Positions 57,537 to 64,000 of a DNA stretch of 64,000 bases are shown here, in pieces. Where the stretch lies: IMG/VR virus record IMGVR_UViG_3300028197_000003, positions 64,001 through 128,000 of that record. The stretch is one strand, 5' to 3'. Numbering within the stretch: the stretch's first letter is position 1; every line of letters starts with the position of its first letter. The position numbers and the translations under genes are program-made. The notes below the pieces were generated by a model. That model was given only the letters and a program-made list of their open reading frames with translations. It did not search any database and was not told the origin of the DNA. This DNA comes from a virus.

Positions 57537-58329
57537 TAGGAATAAGTCTATCGACAAACTGAAGGGGTTCCCTAAAGTTCTTTGGATCAATCTAGACCGT
57601 GTGACCCAGAGACGGGAATACATGGAAGATCAATTGAACTACTGGGGACTCACTGATAACCACCGCATCAGTGGTATTGATGGTGATGAGTATGAGGACA
57701 ACCTGAAAGGTTCTGTACCTCATAATATGAACAAAGGTGAGATTGCATGTGTAATGTCTCACCTCAATGCTCTACGTTATTTTGTCGAAGAGACTGACCT
57801 AGATGAAATCTTCATCATGGAGGACGACATCGATCTCTCCACTGTCAAGCATTGGACTTTCACTTGGAAGGATGTTAGGAAGCGACTGCCCATCAACTGG
57901 GACTGCCTGCAACTAACCATCATCAATCCCAATGGGATTACTCTCAAGTTACATCAAAGGTTCATCAATGATTTCTCTGCTGCTGGTTACTTGATCAGCA
58001 GGCACCATGCAACCAAGGTCCTCCGGTGTCACCTCCGTGGCAACCAGTGGAAACTGGATCAGAACATCAGACCTCGTGCAGTTTCAGAGGATTTGATTCT
58101 TGACAGTGGTAAATCTTATTCTACTCCTTTGTTCAACTACAGATTAGACATGGGTTCTGCTATTCATGAAGAACACATTGACATCTTTCATAAGGGTAGT
58201 AATGAGGCATTAGCAGAGTTCTGGGAGAGAGATGCTAGAGAGCATACTGTCGATCAGATTATGGAACTAGATGAATATTGTGGTAGAATACCACCATCAG
58301 TGTATATGGAACACGCACAAAAGCAATGA
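57529..58329 (+). CDS. GT25 glycosyltransferase
   Basis: INLDR...RR, GIDG, GEIAC..SH, IMEDD. Confidence 0.85.
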   Translation: MTDRNKSIDKLKGFPKVLWINLDRVTQRREYMEDQLNYWGLTDNHRISGIDGDEYEDNLKGSVPHNMNKGEIACVMSHLNALRYFVEETDLDEIFIMEDDIDLSTVKHWTFTWKDVRKRLPINWDCLQLTIINPNGITLKLHQRFINDFSAAGYLISRHHATKVLRCHLRGNQWKLDQNIRPRAVSEDLILDSGKSYSTPLFNYRLDMGSAIHEEHIDIFHKGSNEALAEFWERDAREHTVDQIMELDEYCGRIPPSVYMEHAQKQ

Positions 58330-59072
58330 CAGACGAGATCCTGACGCAACCTGACTTTACTGAACCCTTTTTCTATGACCACATAGGTGTCTTTGAGAAC
58401 TTTGTGCGTTGGGAATTCTGTGATTCTTTACGTGAGGTTTTTGAATACTGGTACAACAAAAAGCATTTCGTAGGAGAATCCTCCGAACATTCAGTCACAA
58501 AAATTGGAGAAAATGATTTTACCATTGACCACTTCAATGATGGGGAGTCTCAATTTCCTAAAGGTGGCATGGGTCGTAAGGACCATCAACTTTACCTTGA
58601 AGTTTGTGACACGACGATGACCGCTCAGGTCAATCAAGCAATCGGTCAAGCATTTGAGATGTATGTACAGAAGTACAAAGGTCTTGTTGATTCTGCTGAT
58701 CCCATTTCTTCATGGACTTGTAAACTTCAACGTACAGATCCTGGCGGTGGATATCATGTATGGCATTGTGAGAATGGTAACTTCCTCTACCGTGACCGTG
58801 TGCTGACGTGGATGATTTATCTGAATGATATCCCTCCTGAGAATGGTGGCGGCACTGACTTCTATCACCAGGAGAAAACGTTCCATCCTAAGAAGGGAAC
58901 TATTGTTCTCTGGCCTGCTACTTACACCCACATGCACAGAGGTGGATTCCTTACAGGGGATGAATCTAAGTACATTGCTACTGGATGGTTCTTACGTGAA
59001 CCTGGTAACGTTACGAACCGTACAGTAAGCGAAGCAATGGGTAAATCAAAACCTGTGGACAACCTAAATTGA
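58326..59072 (+). CDS. 2OG-Fe(II) oxygenase
   Basis: GYH.WHCE, MIYLND, GGTDF, THMHRG. Confidence 0.87.
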   Translation: MTDEILTQPDFTEPFFYDHIGVFENFVRWEFCDSLREVFEYWYNKKHFVGESSEHSVTKIGENDFTIDHFNDGESQFPKGGMGRKDHQLYLEVCDTTMTAQVNQAIGQAFEMYVQKYKGLVDSADPISSWTCKLQRTDPGGGYHVWHCENGNFLYRDRVLTWMIYLNDIPPENGGGTDFYHQEKTFHPKKGTIVLWPATYTHMHRGGFLTGDESKYIATGWFLREPGNVTNRTVSEAMGKSKPVDNLN

Positions 59073-61546
59073 TTTTTTATACGTGCATAACCAACGGATA
59101 CGACTCCATTCCTGACGCATATGTTGAGGAAGGTTGTCGGTATGTTTTGTTTCATGATGGAAGCATTCCTACAACCAAAGGACCGTGGGAGTACGTACAT
59201 CTTGATGATCTAAATGTAAAACTTCCCGACTGTCCTGTTAGGAAGTCATATGTTATCAAGCATGAACCGCATATATACTTCACACAGTCTTCTGATCTGA
59301 CTGTGTGGGTAGACGCAGCATATAATATAACCCTAGATCTGGTTGAATATAGTAGGAAAGTCTTTCGGCATCCTCATAGTTTTGTTGTACTACAAGAGCA
59401 CCCTGACCCCCGCAGTTTGCTTGAAGAGTTCAATAAGTTGTATGCCGAAGGATTTTCTGACAGTGTAGAAATTACCAAGATGTCTGAATGGATGCTTGGT
59501 GGTTATGATCCTTACCCTAAAAAGGATTACAAACAAACAATCAACTGCGTTGTCTGGAGACGTAACTTCCAAGAGAATAGGGAGTGGAACAGAGCGTGGG
59601 CACGGTGGTATAAGAGAGGTGTCAACCGTGATCAAATTGCTAGTGCACTTGCTGAGCATGAGACAGGACTGACAGCACTGCGTGTACCGATGCAGGTCAG
59701 TCTTGACAACACTAATAGGGTCAAGAAGTACGAAGAATCTTATAATATTGATCGACCAACCAACAAACAGATCACTGACTTTCAAAATAAATTAGTAAAA
59801 ATTTGGGACAGTGATATTAGTTCGATGTTGATGATGGCAGCAGTGCCCACTTTACCTCATGAATTTGGAGAAAGAATCAAACATATTCAATTGAATGTTT
59901 ATACATGTATTACTAATGATTATGATATCCCTCAGAATTTTTACTTTGATCCAAATGTAAACTATTGGATTTTCCATGATGGGAAGTTATCTGTTCCTGA
60001 TAGTCAAAAGATGTCAGGTTCTTGGAAGTATATTGATGTTTCTAATCTTGGGATTGATAATCCAAGAGAGTTGGCGTTCTATGTCAAAGCAAATGCTCAC
60101 GAGTTTTTTCCTCCTAACTCATATACAGTATGGGTTGATGGATGCTTTGATCATTCTTATGATTTTATTGAAAGATCTCTTGGATGTTTTCCTTTCTCGG
60201 TCCTGCGTCATGGAGGAGAGTTCTCATACTACGATGAGTTGTTGGAAGGATTTACTTGTGCTTTCTATAAGTACAACACAGCAGTCAACTACACCCTGTA
60301 TCTGGCATCGGCGGGATATGACTTTCTAAAATATTCTAGTCCACAGTGCTCTGTTGTCTGGAGACAGTTGACTCCGGAGGTAATTGAGTTCAATAAGAAA
60401 TGGTATGAGGAGGGGTATCTAAATCGAGATACGATTCCTTTTGATGCTGCTATACAGTTTACAGGAGTAACTCCCCGGTTCTATGATAACCGGGATGACT
60501 GTGGTATAAAATTTGGGTTCAACAATAAGAGAGGTAGACTCAAAAAACATGAGCAACTGGGTGATCTAGATCAATATAAAAAGGTAGATCAGTTCCTTAT
60601 GGAAGTTGATCGAGCGACTGGATATGAAGCAAAGTTGTTTTGTAAGTATAAACTCCATGAGTTTTACATGAAATACTATGGTATTGGTGGCAATTTAGGA
60701 CTGTCATTCAATACTTATCCTTATCAAGAAGGTGTCCGTGTTGATAAAAAATTAGTTGTCATCTATACATGCATTACTAATGGGCATGATGTGATACCAG
60801 ATAAGAATTACTATGATCCTGAAATAAGATACGTATGTTTTCATGATGGCACTATTGATACTACCAAGGGTCCATGGGAGTACATCAAATTAGATCTTGA
60901 TATTGAGTGTCCACGAGACTTAGCGTTCTATCCAAAGTGTAACCCCCATGAGTTTTTTGAGAAAGGAACTTACACTGTATGGGTAGACGGTTGCTTTGTG
61001 CATACCCGAGAGTTTGTAGAGAAGAGTTTGTATTCTTTTCCCTTCACCACACTTAGGAACATCAGCAAGTTCTCATACTATGATGAGTTGTTGGAGGGGT
61101 TTACTTGTGCCTTCTTCTCATACGAGGGGGGAATAGAGATTACTAAAGAACTAAGCACCACAAACTATAAGTTCAATAAGTATTCGAGTCCTCAGTGCTC
61201 AATTATATGGAGATATTTGTACGATGAGACTATAGAATTCAATGAGCAGTGGTATACTTGGAGTAAGAAAGGTATCAATAGGGATAGTATTCCCTTTGAT
61301 GCTGCTGTTCAATTGACTGGTACCAAACCTTTGTATTATGAGAACAGGACTGACTCTGGTATCAAGATGGGGTTCCAGCACAAGGTTGGTAGAGTCAAGA
61401 AGCATCCTCAGTATGGAGACAAAGATCAATATACTAAAGTGGATCAGTTTATCAAAGACCTTGAAAAATGGACTAAACTAAAACCACTTTTGTATATCAA
61501 GTACAAGTTTCATGAGTTCTATATGAAACACTATGACATCATATGA
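59069..61546 (+). CDS. Triple-domain DUF616-like (TOD1/MUCI70) putative glycosyltransferase
   Basis: Three repeats beginning YTCITN at about 59069, 59897 and 60758, each with VWVD(A/G) and NRD; TTG start. Confidence 0.78.
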   Translation: MIFYTCITNGYDSIPDAYVEEGCRYVLFHDGSIPTTKGPWEYVHLDDLNVKLPDCPVRKSYVIKHEPHIYFTQSSDLTVWVDAAYNITLDLVEYSRKVFRHPHSFVVLQEHPDPRSLLEEFNKLYAEGFSDSVEITKMSEWMLGGYDPYPKKDYKQTINCVVWRRNFQENREWNRAWARWYKRGVNRDQIASALAEHETGLTALRVPMQVSLDNTNRVKKYEESYNIDRPTNKQITDFQNKLVKIWDSDISSMLMMAAVPTLPHEFGERIKHIQLNVYTCITNDYDIPQNFYFDPNVNYWIFHDGKLSVPDSQKMSGSWKYIDVSNLGIDNPRELAFYVKANAHEFFPPNSYTVWVDGCFDHSYDFIERSLGCFPFSVLRHGGEFSYYDELLEGFTCAFYKYNTAVNYTLYLASAGYDFLKYSSPQCSVVWRQLTPEVIEFNKKWYEEGYLNRDTIPFDAAIQFTGVTPRFYDNRDDCGIKFGFNNKRGRLKKHEQLGDLDQYKKVDQFLMEVDRATGYEAKLFCKYKLHEFYMKYYGIGGNLGLSFNTYPYQEGVRVDKKLVVIYTCITNGHDVIPDKNYYDPEIRYVCFHDGTIDTTKGPWEYIKLDLDIECPRDLAFYPKCNPHEFFEKGTYTVWVDGCFVHTREFVEKSLYSFPFTTLRNISKFSYYDELLEGFTCAFFSYEGGIEITKELSTTNYKFNKYSSPQCSIIWRYLYDETIEFNEQWYTWSKKGINRDSIPFDAAVQLTGTKPLYYENRTDSGIKMGFQHKVGRVKKHPQYGDKDQYTKVDQFIKDLEKWTKLKPLLYIKYKFHEFYMKHYDII
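60219..61115 (+). repeat. Internal direct repeat within the triple-domain gene
   Basis: 48-nt blocks at 60219-60266 and 61068-61115 differ at 4 synonymous positions; 849 nt apart. Confidence 0.85.
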
Positions 61547-62484
61547 TCCTCTACACATCCATCACTAACGGATACTTTCAGTTGCCGCAATTGGATATTG
61601 ATTGTAGATGTGTTTGTTTTCATGATGGAAGTGTGTATGAGCAAGAAGGATGGGAACTAAAGTACATACCTGGGTTCTCATCTGATCCTATTCGTATGTC
61701 ACGTCTGGTAAAGATGATATGTCCATTTGATGAACCTAATGTTTACATTGATGCATCTAAATTACATACACTAAACAATAAATTTTGTGAAGTAAGTAAT
61801 TTTATTCTTTCTCAGGATACTTTTACTGTAATAGAGCATCCACATTCTCATACGTATCTTGAAGAGTGTGCTGAATATATTTGTAGAGGACTTGTTCCTT
61901 TCTCTGATGTGTATAAGTTCACGGTTGCTGCTGCGGAGGCAGGGTATAACTTCAAAGACTATCTGTCACCGCTATGTACGATCCTCTGGAGGAGGGGTAA
62001 GACTGACTTCGACCAACTCTGGTGGGACTGGTACTTGAAGGGTGGTAGGAGGGATCAACTGTCCTTTGCAGTGGCATTGCAGATGAGTGGTATGAAGTAT
62101 GAAACTATTCTTGCTAGAGAACTGATTGATGTATGGTCAGACGCTAGCGATGGTGGTGAGTGGTGGGCGAACAAGGGTGGTAGGTATGGTGCTAAGTATC
62201 ATGTCAATCCTGAGTGGGCAGTAGACATCCTATGTAATATGACAGGTCTGGAAAAGAACTCAAGGAACTATCGCTGTGCTGTCCTTACTGAAGATGATCA
62301 ACCTGTCTGGTTGTTTGGTGATATGTCAAATGATTTCGATTATAAGTACAGAAAATTGAACGTTTTGAATCCATATCACAGTCTTCTGTGGTATACCAAT
62401 AGAAAGACTGGTGTTATACGAAGACCGAGTCGAACTATTAGATCACACTTTGATGATCCATTCTTTTTCCCACACCCCATATGA
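61543..62484 (+). CDS. DUF616-like putative glycosyltransferase
   Basis: YTSITNGY, YIDAS, HP....YLEE, RRDQLSF. Confidence 0.78.
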   Translation: MILYTSITNGYFQLPQLDIDCRCVCFHDGSVYEQEGWELKYIPGFSSDPIRMSRLVKMICPFDEPNVYIDASKLHTLNNKFCEVSNFILSQDTFTVIEHPHSHTYLEECAEYICRGLVPFSDVYKFTVAAAEAGYNFKDYLSPLCTILWRRGKTDFDQLWWDWYLKGGRRDQLSFAVALQMSGMKYETILARELIDVWSDASDGGEWWANKGGRYGAKYHVNPEWAVDILCNMTGLEKNSRNYRCAVLTEDDQPVWLFGDMSNDFDYKYRKLNVLNPYHSLLWYTNRKTGVIRRPSRTIRSHFDDPFFFPHPI

Positions 62485-63296
62485 TTATTTACACCTGCGT
62501 CACTAACGGATACGACAAATTCTCTGATGATCATTACTATGATCCCAGTGTCAGGTATGTTGCCTTCACAGATGGCACTGTTGATGTGCCAGAGAAATGG
62601 GAAGAGTATCCAATCAAAGTAGAAGAGGAGTGTCCACGTAGGAGATCTGCTCACCCCAAGATCTGCCCTCATCTTTATTTTGATGCAGGTGAGTCAGTGG
62701 TCTGGATTGATGGGTGTTATGTAATCACCAAAGAATTTGTAGAAACTTCTAAACGTATCTTGAGTCGTAGTAGTCAGACTCACATGATTCATCCTTGTCG
62801 CTTCAATTTTGTTGAGGAAGTGATGGAAGGTTACGTGTCCTCATTCAACACCAAAGCACAGATGGTGGAGATCATGGAGGCGTTGATGGAACTGAACTAT
62901 AACTTCAAAAACTATTGCAGTCCTGTACTGGCATCAATTTGGAGACATATTACTCCTGAGATCAGTAAGTTTGGTGACCTGTGGTGGAAGTATTCTTTGA
63001 TTGGTCCTAACCGTGACCAGATTTCTTTTGATACTGCACGTCAACTGACTGCATTACCCTGGCAGACAATAAAAAATCCACTAAAGGACCACTGGCCTGA
63101 GGTTGGTATTGATTTTGACCACCGAACAGGTAAGTTGAATCGCCTAGGAAAGCATCCCCAAGCAGGAGATCTGGAGCAGTACAAGCGTGAGAATGAGATG
63201 CTCAAGGAGATAGGTCGGTGCACTCGTATGATTGCAAGGTTGCACTACAAGCACAATTTCCAATCAATGATTGATGCAAACGTATTGAACCGATGA
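62481..63296 (+). CDS. DUF616-like putative glycosyltransferase
   Basis: YTCVTNGYD, KICPH, VWIDG, NRDQISF. Confidence 0.8.
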   Translation: MIIYTCVTNGYDKFSDDHYYDPSVRYVAFTDGTVDVPEKWEEYPIKVEEECPRRRSAHPKICPHLYFDAGESVVWIDGCYVITKEFVETSKRILSRSSQTHMIHPCRFNFVEEVMEGYVSSFNTKAQMVEIMEALMELNYNFKNYCSPVLASIWRHITPEISKFGDLWWKYSLIGPNRDQISFDTARQLTALPWQTIKNPLKDHWPEVGIDFDHRTGKLNRLGKHPQAGDLEQYKRENEMLKEIGRCTRMIARLHYKHNFQSMIDANVLNR

Positions 63297-64000
63297 TTAT
63301 CTACTCATGTATCACTAATGGATATGATGAGATACCGGATGAAAATTACTACGATCCTGATGTCAAGTATGTGATGTTCGCTGATGATACTGTTGAAAGG
63401 AAAGGACCGTGGGAGTTTCGAGAGATCCCATGTGATTATTCCTGTCCTCGTATCCGTTCTTCCTACGTCAAGATCAACCCTCATAAAGTATTTGATGAGG
63501 GTGAGGAGGTTGTTTGGATTGATGGTTGCTACATCATGACCGAACAATATGTAGAGAACTGTAAGAGATACTTTGAGAAGAGTTCTTTCACAGTCATCCG
63601 TCATGTAAACCGTTACACATACTACGATGAGATCTTGGAGGGGTTTATGTCCTCCATGAATACAAAGGAGCAGCAACTAGAGATTACCCGAGTCCTGAAG
63701 TGGATGAACTATGACTTCAAGAAGTACAGCAGTCCTGTGCTGGGATCTATCTGGCGTCGTCTAGAAAACTATGAAGAGTTTGGTGATCTGTGGTGGAAGT
63801 ATGCACAGATTGGACCTAACCGAGATCAGATTTCCTTTGATGCTGCCAAGCAGTTCACTAATAAGCAGATGACTTTCATCGAAGATGGTTGGCATGAACT
63901 ATGGAGAGACAAAAGAGGGAAGTATCTCCACAGAGCAGGAAGTTGTGGTATATTATTCGGACAGCAAGGAAAACAATACCGTCGCAAAAGGCATCCACAG
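63293..64000 (+). CDS. DUF616-like putative glycosyltransferase (truncated by window end)
   Basis: Hand-translated MIIYSCITNGYDEIP...KINPH...VWIDG...NRDQISF; open to base 64000. Confidence 0.8.
   Translation, partial: MIIYSCITNGYDEIPDENYYDPDVKYVMFADDTVERKGPWEFREIPCDYSCPRIRSSYVKINPHKVFDEGEEVVWIDGCYIMTEQYVENCKRYFEKSSFTVIRHVNRYTYYDEILEGFMSSMNTKEQQLEITRVLKWMNYDFKKYSSPVLGSIWRRLENYEEFGDLWWKYAQIGPNRDQISFDAAKQFTNKQMTFIEDGWHELWRDKRGKYLHRAGSCGILFGQQGKQYRRKRHPQ

Noticed and set aside
2193-63676. Numerous 60-200 aa antisense or alternate-frame ORFs in the track (e.g. 30255-30836, 48057-48683, 63305-63676)
   Set aside because: They are shadows of well-supported genes, with no motifs, SD sites or promoters.
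1-64000. tRNA genes, CRISPR arrays, integrase or transposase
   Set aside because: I saw no cloverleaf with a T-loop, no regularly spaced repeats and no recombinase motifs. This was a manual scan only.
1-64000. Stop-codon reassignment
   Set aside because: Core genes are full length under the standard code and end in TAA, TGA and TAG.
51397-64000. TET/JBP-type DNA hypermodification by the oxygenases and GTs
   Set aside because: The oxygenases look prolyl-hydroxylase-like, no C5-methylase or hydroxymethylase is in the window, and the GT families are glycan-type. Not excluded without nucleoside analysis.

Overview
A 64 kb segment of a large T4-like marine cyanomyovirus (Synechococcus/Prochlorococcus phage, Kyanoviridae-type). 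Almost all genes are on the + strand. Bases 1-37.5 kb carry the conserved core (gp3, uvsY, uvsW, gp55, gp47/46, gp45/44/62, regA, gp43, uvsX, gp41, gp61, nrdA/B) mixed with host-like genes (two hli, hsp20, mazG, dam, an outer-membrane beta-barrel, an orphan DctP-like protein). talC lies at 43.8 kb. From about 45.5 kb to the window end is a >=18 kb sugar-nucleotide/glycosyltransferase island that ends in a tandem array of at least six DUF616-like domains. The most striking signal outside the gene list is that I found no TTAA tetramer in a manual scan of this AT-rich window, while related words (TTCAA, TTGAA, AATT, TATA, GATC) are common. A candidate PD-(D/E)xK nuclease is coupled to the Dam-like methylase. 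Several small ORFs missing from the ORF track, plus promoters, terminators and structured leaders, were read directly from the sequence. All family assignments come from recognising motifs by eye; no searches were run. I saw no tRNA, CRISPR array, intron, intein or integrase.
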